From Octopus sinensis (lineage: Eukaryota): DNA of 64,000 nt. Position 1 is the first letter of the stretch. Every line of letters begins with the position of its first letter. The DNA lies in contig NW_021837032.1 of the NCBI RefSeq assembly GCF_006345805.1, positions 1 through 64,000 of the forward strand, given 5' to 3'. This document shows positions 12,830-26,500 of the stretch, piece by piece. A program made the position numbers and the translations under genes. The notes beneath the pieces are model-generated. The model was given only the letters and a program-made list of their open reading frames with translations. It searched no databases and was not told where the DNA came from.

Positions 12830-13255
12830 TTATTCAATTGTCTCTGTTTCTTTTTCTTTTTCTTCGTCTTTCACATTTTCCGTTTCTTTCTCATTTGTAT
12901 ATCTGTCTTCTTTCTTCTGCAGAATATTCTGGAGACAGTCTATGAGATCAATCAACTGATAATATTCGGCTTCGATAAGAAGTTCTTTGAGTGCAGTTTC
13001 GTTCGTCATTGGTAGGGTGCCTTCTTTCAAACCTCCGTCTCTCAAGTAGTTCAAGATGTATCGGAAATGGGTGCCATCGCGGTCGATGAAATAACTCCCG
13101 TCGTTTTCTGTTTTGAGAAGATGGCGTCCACTAAACATGGCTGCCAACATAGATGTCATGTCTTTTCTGAGAGTAAGCAACGACGTAGTAAACTGAATTC
13201 CACCGATATCTAGTTTTATCCGGTTGTCTTGGATTTTGTTCATTTCAGCCATACG
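12830..13255 (-). CDS. terminal exon: KCTD-type (T1) BTB/POZ domain, KCTD7/14-like, plus charged tail
   Basis: IKLDIGGIQFTTSLLTL..MLAAMFSGRH..DGSYFIDRDGTHFRYILNYLRDG..LLIEAEYYQL. Polypyrimidine acceptor TCTTTCTTTTTAG|CGT (AG at 13257-13256), phase 0. Stop TAA at 12830-12832. Confidence 0.9.
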   Translation of the reverse strand, partial: RMAEMNKIQDNRIKLDIGGIQFTTSLLTLRKDMTSMLAAMFSGRHLLKTENDGSYFIDRDGTHFRYILNYLRDGGLKEGTLPMTNETALKELLIEAEYYQLIDLIDCLQNILQKKEDRYTNEKETENVKDEEKEKETETIE

Positions 13256-13454
13256 CTAAAAAGAAAGATATTAAGAGAAATCACGAATATGAAATTGTAT
13301 AGCTAAACAAATATTCATTAAAAGAGAAGCCATTATCACATCCCACCATAGCTTCCATACAATGAAATAAAAGTTCGATTGAACGAAAAATCCAGTTTAA
13401 AAAACCAGAAAACTATTCACTGATTTCTGAGCCCAACAACCTCAAACATATATA

Positions 13455-14120
13455 CGTTTCTTTACTACCCACAAGGGGCTAAACATAGAGGATACAAACA
13501 AGGACAGACTAACGGATTAAGTCGATTACATCGACCCCAGTGCGTAACTGGTACTCTTTACTCTTTACTCTTTTACTTGTTTCAGTCATTTGACTGCGGC
13601 CATGCTGGAGCACCGCCTTTAGTCGAGCAAATCGACACCAGGACTTATTCTTTGTAAGCCCAGTACTTATTCTATCGGTCTCTTTTGCCGAACCGCTAAG
13701 TGACGGCGACGTAAACACACCAGCATCGGTTGTCAAGCGATGTTGGGGGGGGGGACAAACACAGACACACAAACATACACACACACATACATATACATAT
13801 ATACGACGGGCTCCTTTCAGTTTCTGTCTACTAAATCCACTCACAAGGCTTTGGTCGGCCCGAGGTTATAGTAGAAGACACTTGTCCAACATGCCACGCA
13901 GTGGGACTGAACCGGGAACCATGTGGTTGGTAAGCAAGCTACTTACCATACAGCCACTCCTGCGCCTATTTAAGTACCACTCCTGGTACTTAATTTATCG
14001 ACCCCGAAAGGATGAAAGGCAAAGTCGACCTCGGCGGAATTTGAACTCAGAACGTAACGGCAGACGAAATACGGCTACGCATTTCGTCCGGCGTGCTAAC
14101 GATTCTGCCAGCTCGCCTCC
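13455..14120 (-). mobile_element. SINE family C interrupted by a SINE family B copy (13554-13968)
   Basis: Family C sequence stops at CTGGTACT and resumes after the family B copy. Confidence 0.8.
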
Positions 14121-14514
14121 TCAAACATATATAGACACAACTACTTCTCTGACTGCACATTTTATTTTAAACAATTTATCTATATATTTATAAATATACT
14201 TGTCTAAATAAACTTATCTATATATTCATAAATGAGTACATTTCTTTTGACTAGTCACCAATGGTCGCAAGTCACATACAGATCCCTACCATTGTACGAG
14301 AGTACGAATAGTATTTATTTAATTGCATAGATCACAAAGGATGAAGAGTTAAAGTTAACCTTAGCTGTATTTTGGACTAAAATTTCAGAAGGATGGAATC
14401 AAATAATGTGTCCCATATATTTTAAAAATCTAATCTCAACCAGGATCCACATGACCCTTAAGAATTCATATAAAATTTTGTTGTTGAAATTTATCTGGAA
14501 TAAATAGGCAATGC

Positions 14515-14690
14515 TTTTACAATGCACGAATTATTTTAACAATTTTTAATATAATTTTAATGATATTTAACTTTAGAAATATTCTACACGAAATATTTTA
14601 ACATTTTTAATACAATTTTAATATATAATTTTTAAAATATTATACACGAGATATTTTAACAATTTTTAATACAATTTTAATCACACGAAA
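14515..14690. repeat. about 60-bp AT-rich minisatellite, 3 units
   Basis: Recurring CACGA(A/G)(A/T)TATTTTAACA..TTTTTAATA(C/T)AATTTTAAT. Confidence 0.7.
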
Positions 14691-15445
14691 TTACAACTTC
14701 ATTGCTTTTAATGGATTCCACTCTATCGGTAACAGCCCCACCAGTCCTTCGTTCAAAGGGTAAGTTACCCTTTTCTTCCCACTAGACTCAAACGATCGTA
14801 GTTGCTACCTTTCTTCTCTGACGACGCCATTAAAAATATTACCATTTATCTTTTACTCTTTACTGGTTTCAGTCATCAAACTGCAGCCATGCTGGATAAT
14901 AATGACTATTTCTAGCATAAACACGACTCCAAACATATTGAGAGGTGACAATGTAAATTTTATCGAGTCCAGTACTTCACTGGTTCTTTATTTTTAGTAA
15001 GTCTGGAAAACTTTTCAGGAAGGGAGATAACCAGATATCAAAAAGTATTGAATCCATTGATCAACGGTTTCAGGCATCATACTTAATATGAAATGTTGGT
15101 GGTTACCGAGAAAGTCTATACTCAACTATGACCCATGCTGACAACTTACTGTAGAGCAGTGGTTTTCGAATTCACATTTTATACCTAGATTTATAACGTG
15201 ACCCACTAATTGGGTGGCGAAGGCAAATACAGTGGCACAGGACAATTAGATTAGCAACAAGGAAAGATAATATGGTAATATATGTAGAAATGCGTTTGTG
15301 TGTGTGTGTGAGAGGTATATATATATATATTATATATATATATAAGATATATATATATAAGATATATATATATATATATACGTATATATATTATATATAT
15401 ATATAGTATATAAGAATATATATATATATGATATATATATATATA

Positions 15446-15487
<42 letters not shown>

Positions 15488-15715
15488 CACGTATATATAT
15501 ATATATATATACGTATATATATATATATATATGCATATATATATACATACATATACATACATATGCATAGATACATTTAAACATCTATGTGTGCGCGAGC
15601 GTGTGTGTGTGCGTGCATATGTATATGCGCGCGTACGTCCGTGGTGTGCGCATGCGCGCGTGCATGTTTGTGTGTGTCTGTATGTATGTGTGTGCGCGCG
15701 TGCTTTCACACTTAC

Positions 15716-16856
15716 TTTTAATTCGTCACGGAATCTCTCCTGTTCTTCTTCGAATTCCTTTTTGTTCTTCTCAAATTCTTCGATTTTTTGCTTCAAAGAC
15801 TCTTCCTTATTCTCAACCTTTTCAGCGAATGTCTTCTCAATACATTTCTGATAAGATTCAAAGTCTTGCATTTTCTTCTTCAGTGCCATTTCATCTTTGC
15901 TTAATTCCTCTTCTTTTTCGGTGACCTTATCCATCCTCATCTCGACGCTGGTTTCTCGTTCGGTCACCAATCTCTCTCTGTCGCGCAACTGGTTCTCCCG
16001 AATGTCCACATAATCTTTGGCCCGTTGCACAAACGCGCTGAAATTCAAATGAAGCTTCTCCATAAAGTCTTTGCCAAGATTATCGATCTGGTCATGTATA
16101 TCGATCTCCCACGTGCTCGTAACATCTTCGAAAATGCAGTGCTGATAGAGAGGGCCCGAGGGTTGAGTGTCAATGGTTTCGGTTCCTTCCGGGTTATTCT
16201 GCCAAACGTTATCGCCATTGGAGATCTCCATAGCGATAATGGGACGGGTGAAGTCAGAATCAATTTCAAGACATTTACCAATAGATTTATCTCTGAAGAA
16301 AAGAGTCTGCCACTCGCTGTCGCAGTCGGCTTTTGCCCACAGTCTGGTTTTCTGGGTGGAAGGAATCATGTACAGTTCTCGAATCTTCCATTCTATATGG
16401 CCAACTTTCTCCATTTTGCTGAAACGCATGATCTGAAAATCTTCAATTAGGGCGTTGCACAACATGACTTTGAATGAATTCTGGTTGTGTTCCAGATCAG
16501 GAGCGCGACTGTAGTTGTAGACGACCAGCTTCATTGGCTTGTGACCTTCGGCCACGCCGTACCATTGGACTAACATTCGCCAGGCGTCCTCGTGCACTAC
16601 ATCAACGGTGTGGGCGTAGTCACGGCGCGTGAAAATCGGTCCGGGTTGCACGCGCTGCTGGTGGTAGAACTTGCGGGTCTGCATGCCGAGGAATCGTTTC
16701 AACTGTTCCAGCCATTCGGCGATGATGATGTACCAGAACTCGCCCTCCACGAAACGCCGCTCGAAAAACTGTTCCAAAATTGTACGTTGGGTGACTGCAT
16801 CTGGTATATTGGCCACTGGACTGGACGCCACCGTACTGCAGCTCATACTGGCCAAG
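15716..16856 (-). CDS. internal exon: DUSP domain + UBL domain (USP4/11/15 N-terminal type) + coiled coil
   Basis: Collinear with the USP15 N-terminus as recalled: PDAVTQR, GEFWYIIIAEWLEQLKRFLG, QPGPIF, DAWRMLVQWYGVAEGHKPM, RFSKMEKVGHIEWKIRELYMIP..TRLWAK, EISNGDNVWQ. An E/K/R-rich heptad region follows. Acceptor TTTGTCTTTTTCCAG|C; donor AAA|GTAAGT, phase 0. Confidence 0.9.
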
Positions 16857-16944
16857 CTGGAAAAAGACAAAAAAAAAAGTAGAATTAAAAAAAAAAGAAA
16901 TATGTCAATTACAATAATAACAATAATAGTAAAAATAATTTCAA

Positions 16945-18060
16945 ATTTTGCCACAAGGGCAATAATTTGGGGGGAGGGGACAAGTCGATTACATGGACCC
17001 CAGTGTTCAACTGGTACTTATTTTATTGACCTCGAAAGGATGAAAGGCAAAGTCGACCTGGACGGAATTTGAACTCAGAACGTAGCGACGGGCGAAATAC
17101 CGCATGTCGTCCAGCGTGCTAACGACTCTTCTACCCAAGGCACAAGGCCCGAAATTTTGGGAGGAGGGGCGTGTTAATGTTTCTCTTTTTCTTTCTTTTT
17201 TTCTTTATTGACCACAAGGGGCTAAAGATAGAGGGGCAAACAAGGACAGACAAACGGATTAAGTCGATTATATCGACCCCAGTGCCTAACTGGTACTTAA
17301 TTTATCGACCCCGAAAGGATGAAGCGCGAAGTCGACCTCGGCAGAATTTGAACTCAGAACGTAGCAGCAGACGAAATACCGCTAAGCACTTCGCCCGGCG
17401 TGCTAACGATTCTGCCAGCTCGCCGGAATGGTAATAGCTTCTCACATCAACACAACATATCCATATTTGATAGAATGAAATAGACAAAGAGAGGTAATAC
17501 ATTTTCGTCGAACTTACGACGCCAATATTCTTTTCTACTCTAGGCACAAGGCCCGAAATTTTGGGAGGGGGAGCCAGTCTATTATATCGACCCCAGTATA
17601 CAACTGGTACTTAATCTATCGACCCCGAAAGGATGAAAGGTAAAGTCGACCTCGGCAGAATACGACGCCAATATTTCACTAACGCAAAGGCGACAAGCCA
17701 GCAGAAACGTTAGCACGCCGGGCGAAGTCCTTAGCGGTATTTCGTCTGCCGCTACGTTCTAAGTTCAAATTTCGCCGAGGTCGACTTTGCCTTTCATCCT
17801 TTCGGGGTCGATTAAATAAGTACCAGTTACGCACTGGGGCCGATATAATCGACTTAATCTGTTTGTCTGTCCTTGTTTGTCCTCTCTGTGTTTAGCTCCT
17901 AGTGGGTAGTAAAGAAATAGGTATTTTGTCTGCCACTACGTTCTGAGTTCAAATTCCGCCGTGGTCGACTTTGCCTTTCATCCTTTCGGGGTCGATAAAT
18001 TAAGTACCAGTTACGCACTGGGGTCGATCTAATCGACTTTATTCCTTTGTCTGTCCTACA
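16945..18060. mobile_element. cluster of SINE family C copies: minus copies 16945-17660, then plus copies 17690-18060 (inverted arrangement)
   Basis: The family C domain occurs repeatedly in both orientations. Confidence 0.8.
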
Positions 18061-18392
18061 GTTAATCACTTAACGAAAAATATATACACATACATATGTA
18101 CATACATGAGTGAGTGAGAGAATGAGTGGGTGAGAGAATGAGAGGGTGAGTGAGAACATAAAAACAAGACAGAAGATGTGGGATAGATTGACAATCAAAA
18201 TTATTCGATTACGCTGGAAATATTGGAAGTGGTTTCAAAAACTCTTTTCGTTCGGAATGTTCAAGGAGAGCAAACAGGAAGCACAAGATGAAGAAAACAT
18301 GAAAATAGATGAAAAGTGAAAAGTCCAAATGCAGGAGCGCACGTGAAAGATATACATCTATATATATGCATGTATATATATATACGTATGTG

Positions 18393-18680
18393 TGGAGGCG
18401 CAATGGCCTAGTGGTTAGGGCAGCGGACTCGCGGTCGTAGGATCACGGTTTCGATTCCCAGACCGGGCGTTGTGAGTGTTTATTGAGCGGGGTGGTGATC
18501 CAGCAGGGGGTGGTGATCCCTGCTGTACTCTTTCACCACTCTTTCTCCCACTCTTTCTTCTGTTGGCCTGCTCGCTTAGCCAGCGGGGTGGCGTCATTCG
18601 AAGGCTAAAACAATGCGAACGCATTGTGACCAGCGATGTGTAACTACATCTGATGGACTGGTCGGTCACGTCATGGTGAT
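18393..18680 (+). mobile_element. SINE family A, tail type 3
   Basis: Same tail as 52479-52790. Confidence 0.8.
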
Positions 18681-18764
18681 GATGATGATGATATATACAT
18701 ATATATAAATATATATATATATACATATATATACATATGTATAAATATATATATATATATATAT

Positions 18765-19147
18765 TCTTTTACTTGTTTCAGTTATTTGACAGTGGCCATG
18801 CTGCAGCACCGCCTTTAGTCGAGCAAATCGACCCCAGGACTTATTCTATCGGTCTCTTTTGCCGAACCGCTAAGTTACGGGGACGTAAACACACCAGCAT
18901 CGGTCGTCAAGCGATGTTGGTGGCGGGGGCCAAACACAGACACACAAACACACACACACATATATATACATATATATATATACGACAGGCTTCTTTCAGT
19001 TTCCGTCTACCAAATCCACTCACAAGGCTTTGGTCAGCCCGAGGCTATAGTGGAAGACACTTGACCAAGGCGCCACTCAGTGGGACTGAACCCGGAACCA
19101 TGTGGTTGGTTAGCAAGCTACTTACCACACAGCCACTCCTGCGCCTA
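18765..19147 (-). mobile_element. SINE family B
   Basis: Full-length match. Confidence 0.85.
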
Positions 19148-19154
19148 TATATAT

Positions 19155-20285
<1,131 letters not shown>

Positions 20286-22164
20286 ATGTTTCTTTATTAG
20301 CCACACAGGGCTGCACACAGATAGAACAAATTACAAGGTAGAGCTTTTCTTTTGAAGGTTTAAAAAAAAAAAAAAAAAAAAAAAAAGGAAGGGGGAGTTT
20401 CGATCAAAAGGGATCGTAAAAGGAGAGAAAGAGGACAAAAAAAGGGGGGTTAAAAAAAAAAAAAAAAAAGGGGGAGAGGAAAAAAAAAAAAAAAAAATTG
20501 ATCAATAGGGATCGTTATCACAGAAATGTCAATATGAAGTGTAAAGGGGAGGACAGGTGAGGTTTACCCGTGGAAAGAAAAGCCTACGGAAAAGACCACG
20601 GTAACCTCGGTCAATGAAGTCACATTTTATATTTCTTTTTTTTTTCTTTTTTTTTTTTTTTTTTGCAAATAAGCAACTCTCTGTTTTCGATTTCTGGGTT
20701 CATAGGACTATGCTCAAGGTGGCTTCGTCATTCATACGTGCCATTCTTGCTAGATTCACCCCATCTTTTTTTAAAACATTCGCTAGACAAAACTTGCCTC
20801 TCTACTCTCACTTTCCTTTTCAAGTGGTACTTGAAGAAGTTGATGAGAGATTGACCAGAGAGGAAAGTGTTTGTCTCCAATCCTTTCAGACGCGTCCACC
20901 AGATACATTCCTTCGCCATAGCCACAAGGATGATGAAAATAGCTCTTCCTTCCCGTTTGAAGGAAGGAGGCGTAACAATATTGACGATAGACTCAGCTGA
21001 TAAACCGACTCGTCCCACACGTGACAGCAGTTGTTCGACACAAGCCCACAGGTCGGAAATTGTTGGACACTGAACGAGTGCGTGCAGAACGGTTTCGTCG
21101 CTCTAACCGCATCTCGGGCAGGTCGGCCCCGTGTTTCTCGAGCCGTGTCTGTAGAGCTTATCCCGAACGGGTAGCGCTTCTCGGTAGCACTGCCAGGCCA
21201 GGGATCTCTGGAAGTTGTCCATGGGCCCTGGCCCGAAAGTCGTCCCGAACAGGCGGGTCAGGTACTCCTCGTCGACGTCCAGGTTCGCCCCGAGCTCGTC
21301 GTCGTACCTCCCCTCCACTAAACCCCTATAGAATGCTTTGGTTGTGTTGAAGTCACTTAAGGTCGACCCAGGACGGCAGAGTTGCTTGAGAGCAACGCGA
21401 CACTCGCGGTGCCATTCGCCCTTCCTCGGCCTCTTTTTGATCCACGACTGCAGTTTGGTCATGGAGACGAGCTGCGGGAAAGCGTGCCTCACAAACGGCG
21501 ACCACACCTGTTCACCGTCGTCTACATAGAGCCAGAGATGTCGCAGTCTCAGCGCGTGTCTGCGCATCATCAACCACGGCATGCCCAGCCCTCCTTTTAA
21601 CGGGTGTTGACAGCAAATGGATCGCCTGACCATCGGGACGCATCCTTTCCACAAGAAGCGAAAGAGGATGCGTTGTAGTTTGGTGATGGTAGGGTCGGGA
21701 CAAGGTACGACGGTCAGGCGATAGTAGATGACGGACGCGATGTACGTGTTCGCCTCCTCCGCTCGACCTTTTAGGGACAGTTTCCTCTCGGCCCATTGCC
21801 GGGCGAGAGTGACCACCCTACTCGTTATCTCGTTCCAGTTCTTCTCCACTTGGAGGTCCGGACCAAACCAGACCCCGAGCAACTCAACCGGGCAGTCGGT
21901 CCAGCGTCCCACGACGGAGGCGCTGGTGGACGGCATGGGCTTGCTTCTCCAGGTGACTAGTCGCAAGCCCACTGACTTTTCCCGGTTGATTTTCGCTCCT
22001 GTCACCGCTTCGTAGTTTTTCAGTGTCTCGCCGACCAGCTCGATGTGCTCGTGGCTAGACACTATGACGGTGACGTCGTCCGCGTATGCAGACACGCTCG
22101 TCCCGCATCCCAATTCTCGCGGGATGCCCCTTAGAGTCGCCAGCTTCCGCAGTAGTGGCTCAAG
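20286..22164 (-). mobile_element. 5'-truncated Tx1/L1-clade non-LTR retrotransposon (RT C-terminal half + zf-RVT CCHC) inserted in (GATA)n
   Basis: LEPLL..SAYADDVTV (YADD 22075-22086), GAKINREKS, LLGVWF, LSLKGRA, GGLGMP, LPVRDKL, CPRCG*SDETVLHALVQC. One in-frame TAG at 21103-21105 and a probable +1 frameshift near 20760. The 3' end is AATAAAGAAACAT joined directly to (ATCT)n. Confidence 0.92.
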
Positions 22165-22515
<351 letters not shown>

Positions 22516-22888
22516 CATGTCTGGCGAGCATTCTCTTTGATGTCTCGCTTATAATAAAACTTCCCAGATAAGGCTTCCGTCAGTTTAAATAGATCATATA
22601 TTTAAGCTCTTGGCATATCGTTAACGTAACTACTTATGCATCTTAACAAATACAGGAAAATATTTTCACGGAGAAGCGCTCCACAGGAATATATAGTTGG
22701 GCGCAGGCTAGTGTATTTAATGAAGTGAGCTAAAAAGAATTTTTCGTCCATAGTATTTTGTACGCCATGTGTATATATATTTCCTTGTATACATACATAC
22801 ATACATACATACATGCATGCATGCATGTATGCATGCATACATACATACATACATACATACATAAATACATACATACATACATACATAC

Positions 22889-23718
22889 GTAGAACAGGAA
22901 CAGGAAATATCAACCAAGTACCTGATGCGCAGAAGGGACGCAGATGCAGGAAAAGCATAAAAATGCAATAACCGGTGCAGACTTTGTGGAGTTTGCATAA
23001 GCAGTTGTCCGAAAATGTCATCAAGGTAGTATCTACTGATGAAACATGATGTTGTAGCTAGGACACTCTGTCGGAAGGATAATCCCGAGGACAAAGAAAT
23101 AAGAACCCACAATATGGTAGAAGCCATAGCCACTCATAATAAAAAAGAATATTGGTTGAATGTACCAGTGAAAGCCTCAATAAAATGTAAGCGCAACAGA
23201 CTTGATATTATTTGGGGTGGAAGAGAAACTGTGCACAGTTGGGGAAATTAACTGCCCAGAAGATCAGTGAAAAAGAGAACACCTATGCTGAACTATTGAG
23301 AAATTTGCAGTTACTCTATCCAGATTATAAGTTCAGGTTTATACCTGTAATTATTGGGGCTCTGGGATATGTAACACACTACCTAAATATTAATCTTGAG
23401 AAATTAGGTTTCTCAAAACTAGCAGGAAGAAAGCTAATTCGAAAACTACAGATCCAATCTATCACTGGCACTGTAAAAATCTGTAAAACTTCCCTGAAAT
23501 TTATCATTTAAATATATATGAGAATACATACATAAAACAAAACATAAAAATCTGCATGTATACATACATACATACATACATACATACATACATACATACA
23601 TACATACAAAAATACCCTGTTGTTGATGTTGAACTTTCAATGAACGAACTTTGTATCTAGGTTAGAAACTGGCACTTTCTCTATTAGTAAGAAATCTTGA
23701 AATAATACTGAATAATGA
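22889..23718 (+). mobile_element. 3' fragment of a second RLE-type (R4-like) non-LTR retrotransposon inserted in (TACA)n
   Basis: EQEISTKYLM, CRLCG..ISSCP (partly deleted CCHC), KHD, NRLDII, KISEKENTYAELL, IPVIIGALG, stop at 23511. (CATA)n flanks; ends TACTGAATAATGA. Confidence 0.8.
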
Positions 23719-24341
23719 CATACATACATGCTTGCATGCACACATTCACTTACATAAATATAAATAAATACATACATACATATACACATACATACCACAG
23801 ACACGAATACTTCTGATCGTTCGGAGGCTTTTATGCTATGTAGTTAGGTAAGGACAGATTTTAAATATAACGAAATATAACTGATTCTCCTCTGGTTACA
23901 AAAGAATATCTTCTTTTCATTGGCCATTTAAGATCACGGGATGAAACTGGAAATTTAGTATCAACTGATAAATGAGAGGCAACATTTTATTCTGAGTAGA
24001 AGTAATCAATTTTGCTTTCTGTAGAATGTTCAGCGAAACTAAATTTTATTTAAAATGTATGAGATTAAAATTGGTCAAAAGGAGTTCTGTTGGTGGCAGC
24101 AATATGACAGTTCAACAGTTCGGGCCTATTGCAATATTTGCAGTTTTTCACAGCTACATGGTCAGTAGATGCAAGACGTAACGAGGAGTCTCGTTGGAAA
24201 TATTCCAGGATATATTGAGCAACACCAGTTTCTCTCGTCCTTGGAGAGGAAAGAAGGCACATACTGAATAAACTTACATCTACAGTATATACATATAAAT
24301 ATATATGTATGTATGTGGTGTTTGCGTGTGCGTGTGTGTGT

Positions 24342-24380
<39 letters not shown>

Positions 24381-24899
24381 TGTGTGTGTGTGTATTTATG
24401 CATGTGTCATTAAGGAGACGACTGTGTTTGCATTTTATTATTTAGATTTTAGATTTTTTTCAAATTTTCTTGTCCGTTTTTGGTGGTTAGTTTCAAACAA
24501 TGAAGTTCCTAGATTCTTAAGAAGGATAAACGATAGTGAAGGTGCTTTGTCTTGTTGCTAAGGATGTCAGGCTCACAATTATAAGGTTGTCAGTTCGACT
24601 TCTGGACTGGGAAGTGCGTTGAGTCCTTGACCAAGGCACATAATTTTATATTGCTTGAATCTACTCAGCTCAAATAAGTAGAGCTCCTTCTCTCACTCTC
24701 TCTATCTCTTTCTGTTTTTCTCTCTGTTTCTCTCTCTCCATTTACATTTCTTTCCAACAGCCTCATCTTCGATGATCCACTGAGACATTGACAGGGGGCG
24801 TGAAGGTGTCTATACCTACTCATTATTACACGGCAGTTAATTGACTAGTCCCCTCGCCCAAAATTTCTGGCTTTACGCCTTTAGTAAAAAGGATTATAA

Positions 24900-25330
24900 C
24901 ACGGCAGAAAAAAGGCGGCGACCTGGTACAATCGTTAGCACGGTGGACAAAATGCTTAGCGGCATTTCGTCCGTCTTTACATTTTGAGTTCAAATTCCAC
25001 CGAGGTCGACTTTGCCTTTCATCTTTTCAGGGTCGATAAAATAAGCACCAGTTGTGTACCGGGGTCGATGTAATAGAGAGTCCCTTTCCCCAAAATTTCA
25101 GGCCTCGTTCCTTTAGTAAAAAGGATTATCAGATGGCAGAAAAAGGCGGCGTACTGATAGAGTAATTAGCAAGCCGAGCGTTCTGAGTTCAAATTCCGCA
25201 GAGGTCGACTACGCCTTTCATTCTTTCGGTGTCGATAAAATAAATATCTGTTCAGTACTCGAGTAATGTAATCGTCTTAACCCCTCCCTAGAAATTGCTG
25301 GCCTTGTGCTAAAATTTGAAATCATTATTA
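24900..25330 (+). mobile_element. SINE family C copies
   Basis: Family C head and domain. Confidence 0.7.
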
Positions 25331-25627
25331 CATGGCAGAACAGATAACACGCCGTACAAAATGCTTGGCGGGGTTCATACTATGGACCAATGCTTATCTA
25401 ATCACTAAATCACATTTCTTTGATATACCATTGGTTATAACGGGTTTGATGGGGAGCGGTGTGTATGTTGATGCAGCTAGGTGAATAGGCCAGGGATATG
25501 GGTAGATACTAATGAAATGTATTAATTAAAAATAATTAATAGACTAGTGTTTCCCGAAATAATATTTTAAGATAGGATGTACTGAATGCCCTAAGCAAAT
25601 GTTTTGATATGCTTATACTTTTTCTTA

Positions 25628-25829
25628 TCTTTGGTAAAGCCAGAATATATATATATATATATCTGTAAAATAATATGTGACCATTCGGTAGCCAAGATAA
25701 AACTCTGAGTTTCGGATGCCGAGGTGGAAATCCACACCACCATCTCTTCGGTTATCTGGACATCTGAAAATACCTCTATTTACATAATATTGAGGTCTCT
25801 TTCTTTCTTTTGTTATCTTACCGTTTTTA

Positions 25830-25832
<3 letters not shown>
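25628..25832. mobile_element. short TIR-type element in (TA)n; related partial copy at 59681-59824
   Basis: Shared CTGTAAAAT..GGTGGAAATCCAC segment. The TTGGTAAAAACGGTAA..GAGACCTCAATATTATGTAAATAGAGG segment is inverted at one end here and forward at the other end in the 59.7-kb copy. Confidence 0.6.
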
Positions 25833-25863
<31 letters not shown>

Positions 25864-26065
25864 TGTATACATGTATGTATGTATGTATGAATGTATGTAT
25901 ATATGAATGTATATATATATGTATACATATGTATATATGTATATAAATGTATATATATAAGTATATACTCATACATATATATATATATATAAATACACAC
26001 ACACATATATATGGTGTATGTACATATCTATGTATATATATGAGTACATATATATATATATATGA

Positions 26066-26109
<44 letters not shown>

Positions 26110-26199
26110 TATATGAAAAATTTGTTACGCTTCCATCATTAAACGAAGATACCCTTTGGGCTTCACTAAGCCGTCGATCAACCATACCAGTTCTCCCTT

Positions 26200-26500
26200 C
26201 TGTTTACCTTAAAGAACTACAGTATGCAATGAGGTGTTTTCTATGGGGCTGCAGGCGTATCAATGGCCGAAATTCGTGAAAGGGTTTCAGTAGAGAATGG
26301 AAACTGATTTGCCACTATGGACGAATGAACTGAAAAGTTCAAAAGTGATCGCACAGGTGTTGCGCACCTTGGGGCCGGACGCCTGGTTACATTCTGCGCT
26401 GCTGACACGATATTGAAGGAGTTTGTGACATGGTTGGATTGACTGTTGATGAAGTGGCACATAGTATGGAAATTAGACATAGGTTTTTTCTGCTTGTGAG
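26200..26500 (+). pseudogene. mariner transposase N-terminal remnant
   Basis: Frameshifted [38 protein letters not shown] resembles the mariner HTH region and the 40-42 kb fossil. Confidence 0.55.

Noticed and set aside
15251-15715. C-terminal 150 aa of the 567-aa ORF
   Set aside because: Lies after the GTAAGT donor and is (CA)/(TA)n read-through
16857-16954. Hydrophobic N-terminus MAKFEIIF.. of the 567-aa ORF, resembling a signal peptide or TM helix
   Set aside because: It is the intron polypyrimidine tract and a SINE edge upstream of the acceptor at 16856
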